Positions 23,501 through 36,307 of a DNA stretch of 64,000 nucleotides are shown here, piece by piece. The notes under the pieces were generated by a model, which searched no databases, was not told the DNA's origin, and was given only the letters and a program-made list of their open reading frames with translations. The stretch is from Pavona decussata (taxonomy: Eukaryota): positions 434,001 to 498,000 of the forward strand of contig CDRNST010000080.1 of the NCBI GenBank assembly GCA_977016875.1, in the 5' to 3' direction. Position 1 is the stretch's first letter. The number at the start of each line of letters is the position of its first letter. Both the position numbers and the translations under genes were made by a program.

Positions 23501-26500
23501 CATTAAGATAATTAAAAACAATTTCAAACCTTACCAGCAAAGTGATCGTTTGGACTTTTGGTCAAGACTGAGAAGTATCCAACAATTTAACGTTAAAACT
23601 CTTCATTTTTAAGGAGGTTGCGGCTCAAGACCATCTCACTCTCGTATCGTGGGTGGCGAAAACGCGAAGGTTAACAGCTGGCCATGGCAAGCAATGTTGG
23701 TCAGTACTTCCGGTAGGCAGTTCTGTGGAGGGTCACTCGTGCATCCCTTGTGGGTTGTAACAGCCGCGCATTGTGTCAAAGGACGGAGTCCGTCATCTTT
23801 GAGAGTGAAGTGAGTATCAAAAAAGGATCAGTCAGTTACGGTGCATCAAGGATTCTTAGTATTTTCTTGCTATACGACTACCACCATATTAGTTGGTAGT
23901 TGGTATCTAAGTGATAGGGTGCGCGCGATTGCCAATATATTTTGCAGGTCTCTAACATGTGAAAGAAATTAAAATATTTTTGCAGTATGAACGAAGACAA
24001 TACGTCATTGCTAGTTACTTAATGTATTGGAGAAGAAAAAAGTTATGTGTTCTAGCTTCCCATCATTCGAGATATATTAATTAGTTGTTCTGCCTAGGAC
24101 TTGATATATGACAATCGTTTTTCCGCTCCACTGTTTCAGCAACTTAAACTGTAGATCGTCTAACCGCGAAGATAAGTAATAAATACTTGTTGAGCTATTG
24201 CAATTCTTTGTAAGCGCGTGTGACATTGTCAGCTGTTTTTAAAGGCGGATAAATTATGGTCATTTCCAGATTTTTCCTTTGTTTGTTGTTTTGCATTCAG
24301 ACTTTCAATCGTCAGTAAATAATTTATTTGATTGCACCTTTTTCTTTTAGATTGGGAGCTTATTATAGAGTAAGTGGATCTGTGGGAACAGAGCAGACCA
24401 TCAACGTTGCCCAAATTATTCCACACGAAAAATATCACAAACCAGTACGCTACGCCCACGACATTGCAATGCTCAAACTTGCTAAGCCTGCTGTTCTCGG
24501 AAAAGGAATTGGTGTTGTTTGTGTGTCAAACCCAAGCAACGTTCTTCCGATTGACAATAAAGATAAGAGGTGCTGGATAACTGGATGGGGAACTTTGTCA
24601 TCTGGCGGAAGTCAACCTAATATCCTCCAGCAAGCGTCGGTTCCACTGGTGTCAAAATCACGTTGTTTGGTGGCTTATCCGGGAAAGATTGATGACTCCA
24701 TGTTATGTGCTGGTCTGGACAAAGGGGGAGTTGATTCCTGCCAAGGTGATAGTGGTGGACCGCTGGTTTGTGAGTATAACAATAAATGGCATCTGGAGGG
24801 TGTGACCAGCTGGGGATATGGCTGTGCTGCGCCTAAAAAGTACGGCGTCTATGCTAAGGTTGGCTACTTGAGATCCTGGATACTCAGCAAGGTTGTTTCG
24901 AACCCACTTACTCCTAAACCACCCACGCCATCACCATCTACACAGCTGCCATCACCACCACCACCGAGCACACCACAGCTTCCAACTCCCTCTCCGACAC
25001 CAGGTTTGTTTAATAAGAGAAAAATGCACAAACTTAATTGTTCGTTAAATGGGTCATTGAATACCAAGCAGCAAACTTGTTAAAATCAGATTTTTATTAA
25101 GGCTGCCGGATGATCATCTTATATATTTCATCTACGTTCTTTTACCCAAGATTATTCCAGCGTCAGTAGATTATTCGAAGAAACGCCAACATCAGTATCA
25201 CACGCACAATTGTTTAATGACCTTTGACGCTAAAAAATTGTACTCGTCAAATGCTGCGCATAAGATTTGAGATGCCTCCTCGAAAGTGATTGATTGAATT
25301 TGAGATGGTTTGTGTTTGCTTTCACGTTTTCTCGGGGAAATCTGCAAAAATTAATTAACTCTTAAGTTTAATGTCATTCGCTGAGTAAAGAAATGGGTTG
25401 ATCACTTTTTTTAGTATTTCATAAATTTTAGCTTTTTAATGTTTCTGGAATTTTACTGTAGGTTGTGTGGACAATCCAAAATACGCCGACATTTGTCCAT
25501 CTATTGCCGCATGTGGAAACTACTGCAATGCTAATAAAGTATGGGCGAAGAAAAATTGTCAAAAATCGTGCAACATGTGCCCTATTGGTAAGTGTTTGAC
25601 TTTTTCGTTCTATTTCTTGCAGTGCAACGACTAAGGAAATAACGTGTAGGCATTGTTACTTAATGACGAAGGAAAAAGGGACGACCCGCAAACTACAAAC
25701 ACAAATTCTGCAATTCAGTTGTTTTGTACATTTAGTGAAGAAATGTTTTGATGACTTTTTTAAGTATGTCATAAATGTTAGCTTTTTAAACTTCCTGAAA
25801 TCCATCTGTAGGTTGTGTGGACAACCCAAAATACGCCGACATTTGTCCATCTATTGCCGCATGCGGAAACTACTGCAATGCTAACAAAGTATGGGCGAAG
25901 AAAAATTGTCCAAAATCGTGCAACATGTGCCCTACTGGTAGGTGGTAGACGTTTTCATTATATTTCTTGCAGAACAACGACTAAAGAAACAACGTGCAAA
26001 TAAACAACGTTATAACGCAAATTTCTCAAGGCACTGTTACAATAACTGAACGAGGGAAAAGGGACGACCCAAAAACTAAAAACACAAATTTTGCAATTAA
26101 GTTTTGTACATTGCGCAAGCGATATTTCTTGAGATGCCTTGTGTTTTGCAGTTCAGTCTCAAAACTCGCAGCAATAATTTAATGATTGTTGCAATGAACT
26201 GTATAAACAGCTGTTATATTATGACATGGTGTTTTTTATTTTGCATTTGTACTTATCTTTCTGAAACTTTTACTCTAGCTTGTGTAAACAATCCAAAATA
26301 CGCTGACATTTGTCCATCTCTTGCTGCCTGCGGAAACTACTGCAATGATAACAAAGGCTGGGCACAGAAAAACTGTCCAGAATCCTGTAAAATGTGTCCA
26401 ACTGGTAGGTTGTATTCTTTTTTTTTATGATAATGAAATAGGTTGAGAAAAAACACTTCATGAAATCTCCGAAAAAATCGTCCGATACGAGGCCATTATA

Positions 26501-27821
26501 GGCTGAAGTTTAGTTGTTTGACTTAGCCGCTTGAGTAATAAATTTTTCCAAATTGTGCCGACGATCGAGTTCGTTGACATACGCCCAGTTAGTTTCATTC
26601 TGAAGAAAACTACTAATGAACATGGACCCAGGAAAACTGTGCAATACACTGTAACACAATTCCTTCGTTTCAGTGTATATACTTAATCATTTAACGATGT
26701 TTTATTGGAGTTAAAACAAATACCTATAATACAAAGTTATTTATCTGTCAAATTATCTTTTTGAAAACAAAAAGCAATCAATTAAAACTGCGCGGAGTTT
26801 TCGACCACATGGCTGCTGTCTTCAACGGACAATATGTAAAGAACAAATCTAAATACAGTGACAAAATGAACACAAAGAGTGCTGATTTCAAGTAGCGGTC
26901 AATTAGATAGATCAATGTTATGATATAATATAAACTTGTTTGGTCAATAAAGGTCCAGCTCCTTCCTCTCCGGCACCTCCAACTCCGCCACCCTCTCAGG
27001 TACCTTCAACTCCGCCACCCTCTCCGGCACCTCAAACTCCAGCGCCCAGGTCATGTGGCAAGTCCCCAGTGACACGTGTTATTGGAGGAGTGGATGCAAA
27101 GCCAGGAAATTGGCCTTGGCAGGTGAGGCAAAATGTTTCAAATCTTAAACACATTTTTGACCTGAGGCAAACTAAGCCTTTTTGATCATTGCGTTTCAAC
27201 CAGTCTTGTTTAATTTGTTTCAGTTTACAATTTTACCTGATTTCAAGTTTCGTCCTACATGTATCAACAATTAAGTAATTAACCGCTTTCTGCAACAAGA
27301 TTTTCAGATTCGTTACTCGTGACGTATGTTGTTTGTCCAGTAAAACAACCCGGCATTGCTATAGCATTCGGATATGTTTAACGTTGACAAGAGAGATGAC
27401 CAACCTTTGTCACGATAGTATCCTAAAATTGACTCCAGTTAGAATGACATCACAGATTGTACTGCAGCCAATTATTACTGCAGGCAAATAAAGTCGCAGG
27501 TCTTTACCATGAGTTCTTAACATTAATATGTTAAATTTGGTTGTCACTCTTGCTAGATCGCTCTTCTTCGCGGAAGCTCCAAGTCGTTCAGTTGCGGTGG
27601 ATCTCTGATCGCTCCTGATTGGGTTGTCACAGCAGCGCATTGTATCTCGACAACGTAAGTAAATGTGGAGGGGTGGCTGTTGTTGTTTCTCTGGGTAGTC
27701 AACGAAATTTTAAAAAAAACTTTGGTTAAATCAATAACATTAATTGTGCGTTCAAGTAAACTTTTAAAGACGTTTTACTACCAACAATAAAAGGAACGCG
27801 GCTGAGCGAATTACGTGAATA

Positions 27822-28340
27822 CGACTAGGCCGCCGGTTGTGAGCCAAAAATGTCACGTTTACAAATTTGAATGTGACCTGTGCAATGCGGGTTATGTTGG
27901 TTTTACTAGCTCGCTGGCACTTATATCAGCGCATAGAGGAACATAAAAACCCTTCTTCCTCCGTTGACAAACATTTTCGGGACAACTGAGCACTATGGGG
28001 TTCCATGGGATCTGAGCAGCAATTTTACTGTTTCAAAAAACGAAGTGCAAAAGCAACTTTGACTGTCTTGTGTACGAGATGTTTTTTTTATTAACGACGA
28101 TCAAGTCTCGATAATCAATCAGACTTAATTCGTGCAAAAGTTTTTAATTAATTAAAATCTCTTGCATGCCTTTTATCACTCTTTTCTAAAAAAATTGACA
28201 TACTTTTTACATATTTTAGATTCTTACGTCATTGGCACTCTTTTTCTCTATTTATGATATATCTACATTTTTTTTTCCACACATTGAACTTGATAATGAC
28301 CGAGGAGCAGTCAAAATGTCGTTCGGATTTTTTAACCGTT
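27822..28340 (+). mobile_element. Penelope-like remnant in copy B; left inverted arm lost in a ~190-bp deletion
   Basis: Aligns to A ~8687-9208; junction reads GTGAATAC|GACTAGG. Confidence 0.7.
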
Positions 28341-28964
28341 AATTTTTACCAACAGGCTATTATTTGTAATTTTTTCCACAGGACAGCCAGTTTTTACACC
28401 ATCCGCCTGGGTGATCATAACCGTTTTGTTTCCGAGGGAACTGAACAAGATATAACAGCCAGGCGAGTGATAAAACACCCCCAGTATTCATCGAGAACGC
28501 TTGACAAAGACATCGCTTTGATTCAGCTGTCGAGGCCGGCTACTCTGAACGCTCGAGTTGGAACTGTGTGTCTACCTACCCAAGATGAAATGGTTCCGAC
28601 CTCGTCCAGATGCTACATTACGGGTGAGTTATTTAGAGTCTAGGTTCTCTTGGGAAGCGATGCAACTGTTTCGATCTCTAGTTCTCACCTTGTTAACTAA
28701 ACAAATGAAAATTGAATCGGCCGTGAAAGAAGATGCAATTTAATTTTGAGCGGGCGTTTGAAAACTCTGAAACATTCTTTATAAAATAGTAGCAACCAAA
28801 AACAAGTTATAGAGAAGGCGGAATATAGAATCTCCTGTTGATGGCCCAATTAAGATGCCAGTTTAGGACAGGGCTCACTCAACCGCCTATCATGTTAGTG
28901 TACAGTTTCTCGGGTCTGAAAACTTAAGAAAATGCATGCTTGGTCTTACAACCTGAGTTAATAG

Positions 28965-29731
28965 CAGGGGTGTAGCGTCCATATACGCACGTACGCCCGT
29001 GCTTACAGCTGAGATCTGAGATAAGACTTTTTTTCTCATTCAATTTGCTGGGAAATAATTTCATATTTTCACATTATACTGGTGTTTTTTATTAGCATTC
29101 CCATTGGTAAGCAAAAATAGGAAAAACGCCTCACAAGATGGAAGCACAAATTGAGTGGCATGGATCTGAATGCGACGCCGCAGACTTTGGTTAAGACTCT
29201 TGATCACGCAAACTCCCAATTTTATCCCGGTGTACTATGTTGCTCTCGTAACATTGTTAACTTATCCTGTGTCTACATGCACTGCCGCACGTGGCTTCAG
29301 CAGCATGAAAAGACTAAAATCTCCTCTGCGAAGTACGGTGATGGACGAAAGATTAAGCTCCCTAGCAATATTTCATATACATAAACATAAGAACGTTGAT
29401 ATTGACAGGTTGGTAACGAATTAACCCGTCTTAAGGGTCGACGCCTCGCCCTTTGCTTGTGACCTGTCTTCATTGTCTTTGTATTTTTTTTTTCTTTTCG
29501 GAACACTGTAGCTTACAGAAATCACTAGGGAAACGGTTCAAATAAACAACTTTCTACTGCATTTTTGCCGCATTACTTATTGAAAATGCCCAGCAGAAAA
29601 ACCAGGAGATGGCATTTCCGAGACCCTAAATTTCAAAATGCCCCCACACCCCCCTAGTTGTAAGCGCCGTTGGCGCTTACGAAAAATTTATTTTCTTTTG
29701 TACATCTTCAAAATCCCACGCTACGCCCCTG
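28965..29731 (+). mobile_element. Non-autonomous hAT-derived DNA transposon, 767 bp, copy B intron 12 only
   Basis: TIRs CAGGGGTGTAGCGT and ACGCTACGCCCCTG (13/14). Internal remnant LLTYPVSTCTAARGFSSMKRLKSPLRSTVMDERLSSLA resembles the hAT C-terminal dimerisation domain. Empty site GTTGATAGGTAA in A and C. Confidence 0.85.
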
Positions 29732-29771
29732 GATAGGTAAATTGGTTACAGACACCTACGTATTGATTGTA

Positions 29772-30209
29772 CAGTCGAAGCTCTCGTAAGCGACCACCTC
29801 GGGAATTAAAAAAACTGGTCGCACTATAACTGGTCGCTTGTGAAAATCTAGTCCCGTAAGCGATCAAAAGCTGAAACAATAGAAGCTGGTCACTTACCAG
29901 AGCTTTTAGCATAAAGCTTTCTACGATAGCCTTGGTCTCAGGGTTACACTCTTGATCCAGCTGTAAATCATGTTGAATTTTAAATTCGAGATCTTAATCT
30001 ACAAACATTATTAGGCAGTGCAATATTACTGTAAATGTGATCAAGAAAGAGTTGCCGTGATACGTATCAGAATCTTTGAATGGTCGCTTACAAGAGCTTT
30101 GATTACAGAGTTTAAGTCACTTAACGGACAATTCAAACGGAGTTTCACAATGGTGGTCGTAACTAGAGCTGGTCGCTTACGAGAGTGGTCGCAAGGAGAG
30201 CTTCGACTG
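29772..30209. mobile_element. Same MITE in copy B (best-preserved termini)
   Basis: TA|CAGTCGAAGCTCTC ... GAGAGCTTCGACTG|TA: perfect 14-bp outer TIR, imperfect to ~25 bp, TA TSD. Confidence 0.85.
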
Positions 30210-31759
30210 TAATTACCTCTTCGCCTGAGTGTATCCACTTGGACTCGTTGGAGAAAGGACTAGTGCTCGACACTTTAGCGTTCGTATCGTGTTTTGACAA
30301 ATTTATTTTATAAACTCAGTTGATAAAGACAGATATTGTTTTCTGGCCTTCCCACTGACGAAGTCCTCATGTTTGCGCATCAGAGAGAATAATTAAGCGA
30401 ACAGGAATCCTCGCAACTCTGATAGCAGTTGCAATGGAATAAATGTTTATGCAACTCGTCAACTCACTTCTCAGTGTAGATTTTTCATTTCAATTTAGGA
30501 TGGGGCAAGATAAAACACCCAGGATCTTCCCACAGCATTCTTCAACAAGCTCAAATGCCACCGGTCACCAACAGCGAATGTGCAAGAAAACTAGCAGCAT
30601 CACCAGGTACGCGGTTACATTAATTGTTGTTTTGGTTAATTAAGATTAATTTCTAAGCGGTTTTCATCACAGTGGCTTTACATCTACATCTCATGGTAGC
30701 ACAAACTAAAGCTTGAAAACAGCATAAGCCTTTCTTAAAGAGCTCACCGGAAAATCCACATTTTTAAAAACATCAGTTTTAATTCCGACCTTTCAGCTCT
30801 CGGCATTTAAGGAAGCCTTATTCTATAAGCCATTTGGTTTCTCCTAAGGCTTACTCACCACCTTCTCTGAAATATATACTTTTGTACTCTTATTTTGCTT
30901 TTTATAACGTGTGTGGCAAAATGAACAAACAAACACACAAACAAACAAACTTATCACGACCCGCTTTAATTGCAGTTGGATCGTCTCGGTTAATGTCTGA
31001 GACATTCTGCTATGACATTTAGTTAACCCAATCTATTGTCTTAAATAGGAGGATCCTCTCTTAAGATCACCCCGTACATGCTGTGCGCTGGTGTAAATGG
31101 CACTATTCTCAGTGGTTGCCATGGAGACAGTGGTGGCCCTTACGTCTGCCAGGGTGCTAACGGCAATTGGGTTCTCCAGGGTGACGTCAGCTGGGGTTCC
31201 CCGAGGTGCTCTGCTACTGAGCGATACACTGTGTTTGGACGGGTTGCTAAGTTCCGGAACTGGATTGACCAGACAATGAAATCTTAAATCTTTTTGTAAA
31301 ATAAGTTGATAAAGCGTGAAATAAAGGAAATTTAAGGCACTGAAATGTTGTCGTATTTTCCTAATTTAAGATAAAGATATCCCAGTGCGTTAACATAGGA
31401 TTTGAATTCTTATTGCCGGTAGTTATTAGCTTTGTTTACAATAAGCTTCCTGCAGCTCGTATAAAAAAAAAACGGCTCCAATTCGCAAACGATAGCTTTT
31501 GTTATAGTTGGTCGTTTTTGACCGTGTAGGATTTAGGCTAAAACAAAGACTTTCGACACGCGTGGGAAAATCAAAATTTTTCTATTACTATTCAGGCGGG
31601 AGACTTGATATCTTCGACGAGACCGAAGGAAGGAGTAATTTGCACCCTGTGGGGTGGGGGAGGGGGACAGAGTTTAATAATTGGCACGACGAAACCAAGA
31701 GCGCTGGGTCGAGGGTTAAGCGAAAGTTTTGTTCACGAGGCATACTCCAGCTGAGTTGA

Positions 31760-32222
31760 TCGGATATAAATGCAGAAAATTAATAAAATCATTCAGGTGA
31801 TCATTGCTTCAATAATTGCACTAGTTTAGCCAATGCGCTTCGTTCTGCGTGAGCAAATGTTTTCCTTGCAACGCACACTCTGGCCGAGTTCATTGGATAT
31901 CAGCAAAGCACTTTATCCAGTGCTTCAACAATTGCGCTTGCCGAGTTCTCACGCTTAAGCCGCGGCCACACAAGCGATTTTTTGCTCGCGCAGGTGATGC
32001 AATTTTTTTCAAATTTTGTCCCGTCGCCAGCGCGAGAGGGTTGCTATCGGATATACTTGCAGAAAATTAAAAAATCATTAAAGTGATCATTGCTTCAATA
32101 ATCGCACTAGTTTAGTAGCCGAGTTCTCACGCTTAAGCCGCGGCCACAGAAGCTATTTTTTGCTCGCGCAGGTGATGCGTTTTTTCAAATTTTGTCGCGT
32201 CGCTATCGCGAGGGGTTGGCTA
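31760..32222 (+). repeat. B-specific diverged local tandem duplication containing a GC-rich repeat end
   Basis: TCGGATATA..GCAGAAAATTAA..CACTAGTTTAG at 31760 and 32047; TTAAGCCGCGGCCACA.. near 31955 and 32133. Confidence 0.7.
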
Positions 32223-33233
32223 CACGATTGACAAATTCTAGCGAGTTTGGCGACAAATTGAAAGCCACGTGATAAATTGTTCTCTATATTCGTTTCTCAG
32301 GCGCGGGTGAGAATTTGTCTGCATGGGAAATGGAATCTAAAATGAAACTAGCGAGGCGTTTAACTTCTTTCAACAACCGCTTTGGCTATGATTTTGTGAT
32401 TTATTAGACTTTACACCTTCCTCTTAGAACGGTTCAAAGACCACAATGAAAAATTCGTCTTTGTGAAGATTCTGTTTTACCAATATTCTGGGAGAATTTA
32501 GACCAAATGTTAAGGCTCGGAACACGTACCTCAAGAGGATTTTCTTCAAAACTGTTGAGTGCTTAATACGACTCGAAAGACGGTTACAGAAACTTTTTAA
32601 AAGAAAAAAAAACAATAATAATAAAAAAGAGGGGGGCGACCCCCTCGTTCACCCACCACCATAAATCCGCCCCTGGGCTAGTGCGATGTTTGAAACCAAG
32701 TCGTACTTCCGATTCCCGTGTAGCACGGTAGATATTGCCTTGTTACATGGCATTGTTGACAAGTGGTTTCAATATTCGTGCTACCACCATCTCAAACCCG
32801 AGGGAGAAAAATTAATAGAAAATTTTCTCGATTTTTACACAAGAACAACATAAAGATTTGATAAAAGAATTAATAAAAAATAAATAAATAAATAAATAAG
32901 TTCTATCATATAGGAGAAGAGGAGAAAGGTGAAGGGGAGGAAGAAGGTATGGGGATCTTTGCGGTGTTCTTCCTTCCGCTCATTACAGTTTACATTACGA
33001 TAATTTGAATCTCACGGCGCGGCATAATTATTGAGCAAGAAGAAAAGCCAAAAACCACTGTTTTTACCAGGCAAAATAAAGGTTAACAAAAGATGTACTG
33101 TTGCACCTAAAGTCCTACTATCATGTCCGGCGATTCTATCACTTAAGGTTTAAGGTGAAGGTTTTTATTATTAATATGCACTATTTCAATGGTTTACAAC
33201 AAAAGGAAATTACAATATATAGGAAAAGTAACA

Positions 33234-33267
<34 letters not shown>

Positions 33268-34040
33268 GCTCGCGCACTCATCAGACAGTATTGTATTCAA
33301 AGCTCTACACTTAAAAAGTGTATTGAGCACTGTTTAACGGCCTTAGCCACTTTATTACACATAAGAAAAGTAACATAAAGACAGCATTAAATTACATAAA
33401 TGTGAAAAGTAAAAATGTGCGCAGTGACTAAAGGAGCTTAGGCTTTTGTGGACACAACTGACTAAACCAAGCATTTTTCTTTGAGACTGTTAATAGATCA
33501 GCTTTAAAATTAATTTCCCAAACGTACAAACAATTCTGCCATTTTCTATGAGAAGAAAAACTCTCAAGCCAAGCCGTATATCAATCCTTGTTTTGAAATG
33601 TACTTATTCGATCCCATGCGACCGTTTTAATGTCTTATTCACCTCACACATCTCACCGCATACATTACACTGTTTAAACTTTATTTTTGTCACTTGAAAA
33701 TGATGTCATGGTGACACCGAAACGTTGTACAAAACTCTTATCGCTAATTTTATTCTTAAATGTTTGTCCAAATCTAATCTCAGTATCATTTGCTTGGAAG
33801 AACTCGTGTTCGAAAAGAGAGCGTGGAGGTCCGGGTGTCATGGTATATCTGACTTGTGCCATCATAGGTCTAGGTGGGAAGGGTGAGATCGTACATGGAC
33901 TGAGGCGGAAGTCAGACAAGACGCCTTCACTGAATATGCTGAGGTCCGATCACGTCTCACGTCTCATGTCTCTTTTATTTTTTCAATACCTCTTTGAGGG
34001 CCTTTTGTCAATTAGGCTTCGATGAAGAAATGACATGTGC

Positions 34041-34096
34041 AATATACAATACATGGGAGTGGAACAAATTTGTTCCACTCCCATGTATTGTATATT
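34041..34096. repeat. Perfect 56-bp palindrome, unit B only
   Basis: AATATACAATACATGGGAGTGGAACAAA followed directly by TTTGTTCCACTCCCATGTATTGTATATT. Confidence 0.95.
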
Positions 34097-34663
34097 TTGC
34101 AAGCCCGTAGACTAGAACGCGATTTAATGGCATCTCATTTCCCAGGCAGGGTAAAATGATCGATATCCCATCGGTTCAGGTTTGATTCAATTTTACCACT
34201 GTTAACTTCACAAGTTGCTTCTTTCTCTCCGTCAGTTCAAAATTAAGACATGCGCGAAGTAGCTGACCGCTTAGACATGAATTAAGGTTCTTTTTTCCGC
34301 GACTTCCAGGCAAGAAGGGTGCTCTATGGAATTTGCTCGCTCAACTTTGCAATCAACTGTGTATTCATAGAACAAAGATTCATTAGATTTAGTCAATGCC
34401 AGTGTGAGATAGACTTCAAAAGCTTCCGAAACGTGCCGCGTTTTAACTTTCTCGTTTTACGATGCTGTTGCTGGGTGCTTACAGAGACAGCAACTTGACT
34501 GGAAAGATCTGTGTACTCATCGTCATATACAGAAAGCCATAATAGTATACAAGTCTCTATTCCGAATTTTTTTTTACGTGAAAAACCGCATTGTAGTATC
34601 TTGATCAGTTTTTGCCCGTTCCTTTCTTGTATATTCGATAAAACAATAAAAAACGAGAGCAAA

Positions 34664-35271
34664 CTAGAAATACGTGACTCGCAAAACCTCGCGAAGCTGG
34701 GGCTGGGTGAAAAGCCCTCTTTACTCGTATTGTAGCATCAAACGAGGAGATTAAAAGGCGCATAAGATTTCTTTTTGATGAGCATAGTGTTTTCGTAGTT
34801 CCACGGGCTAGTTTGCGGTTGAAAATCTATTTCTGTCGAGACGTAATGTACAACGGGCGTGCAGCACTGTCGTGTTCGATCAATTTATTTCCCACGGAAA
34901 ATTATTCACCGCGGCCACAAAACGTGTAATTTCTTTAATGCAATCTTTCACAAAAAAGATTTATAAAAGAAAGGGAAAAAGATTCTGGAGAGATAGTTCT
35001 GTATCCAGTGAATATTGATGAACATTGCAGTTGAAATTTGATCATGCACGCATATCTTTTTCGATGTATGCAAATTTTGCTCCAGACGACGCCAGACAGT
35101 CTGACGTCATTGTGCGGACACCTTCAAAGATATAAACATATATCAACATATATATATATATAAATATATTTTTCGCTCGAATTCGCGCGGCTTAGCTCCG
35201 CTCGGGCCGGCTCGGCCCGACAAATTTATTAACCTCGCTACGCTCGGGCCTTCGGCCCTCGCTTCGCGAGG
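34664..35271 (-). mobile_element. Helentron/Helitron2-type non-autonomous element, ~610 bp, unit B spacer only
   Basis: A and C have the empty site GAGAGCAAATTAAAG. Asymmetric perfect 11-bp inverted repeat CCTCGCGAAGC (34687-34697) and GCTTCGCGAGG (35261-35271). CTAG at one end, GC-rich hairpins at the other, internal (AT)n, inserted in an A/T run without a clear TSD. Confidence 0.7.
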
Positions 35272-36307
35272 AATTAAAGAAATTAAAGAGCCCCAATGAG
35301 GTTGATGTAGGCGCGGAAAATTTTTTAATGTAGACACTGGAATGTCATTTTTGAGTTGTTAATTTTATTCACATTCATCTCCATGTCAAAATTTGTCTCA
35401 ATAATGATATTACTGGCAACACTAATATTGAAACTTCGAATCTTTCTTATTTATCTTTTTTATTCATGTTTAAAACTTTATATACGTAGTGAAAGGAGAG
35501 TAACAAAACTATAGGCATTAAACTTTTTACACCATTTATCCTGTTGTGATCAGTGCTACGGCAGCCAAATGAACAGAGCTGACATTTCCGCTTGAACGTG
35601 TCACTTTTACATAAATGGAATAATTTTAGTTGTTGGTAATGAAGGCGTGCCAGTTGAAACCAAAAATCCTTTTGCATTTTGGTTGATTTGTTTTCCCGTT
35701 AGCACGTTTTTTCATAACACTTTTTCGACATTTTTGCTGTCTCAGTTGTTTGGAAACTTCAATTCCAATTCCAATGTGTCTTTCGTTTGCGTTTGATACC
35801 ACTACATAGTTGTAAGGGCATCTATCAAAACAAAGAACAGAAAACAAATCTAAAGAATTTTACTTAATGACCAAGAGGAGAAATTAAAAAGAGTACAATC
35901 ATCGTCTAATTATAACTTTTGCTTTCTCCTATAGTGTTCTTGACCTTGGCTTTTGAATGGCTGCGCTTCAAGTTAAGGTGTCGGTCCATCACAATATAAT
36001 TTGTTATGGTAATGCAAAACGCAATTACGTAATCCCGAAGGGTAAATGAAGATTGTAATAACCACTTGCCAAATAAACGCAGTTATTTTTCATCATTAAA
36101 TTCTAAAAAGGTGTCATGCCTTTCCCAAGGAAGGGTTATAAAGGCCACCAAAATTAACATTCGGCTAAGTTGGATAGCAAGAGAGACGGAGGTTTATCTT
36201 GAAGTCAGAACCACCATCAGATTATTCAAACCTGGAGACACAGTGGACTGATTTGATCGTTATAAGGTGTCTCCAGCTTGCGGTATTAAGAGGATAGCTG
36301 GAGAAAC

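Larger units (their letters stand above)
19522..31287 (+). pseudogene. Copy B of the dual-protease gene; start ATG deleted, downstream exons appear intact
   Basis: B reads GGTATCAAGA|CTGTGATTTTC where D reads GGTATCAAGA-AGGTAGCTGGAGAAACATGAAGG-CTGTGATTTTC (23 nt missing). Exons: to 19575, 20165-20296, 21528-21760, 22786-22876, 23614-23809, 24351-25003, 25462-25587, 25812-25937, 26279-26404, 26953-27122, 27557-27654, 28382-28623, 30499-30606, 31049-31287. No stops or frameshifts seen. Confidence 0.7.
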
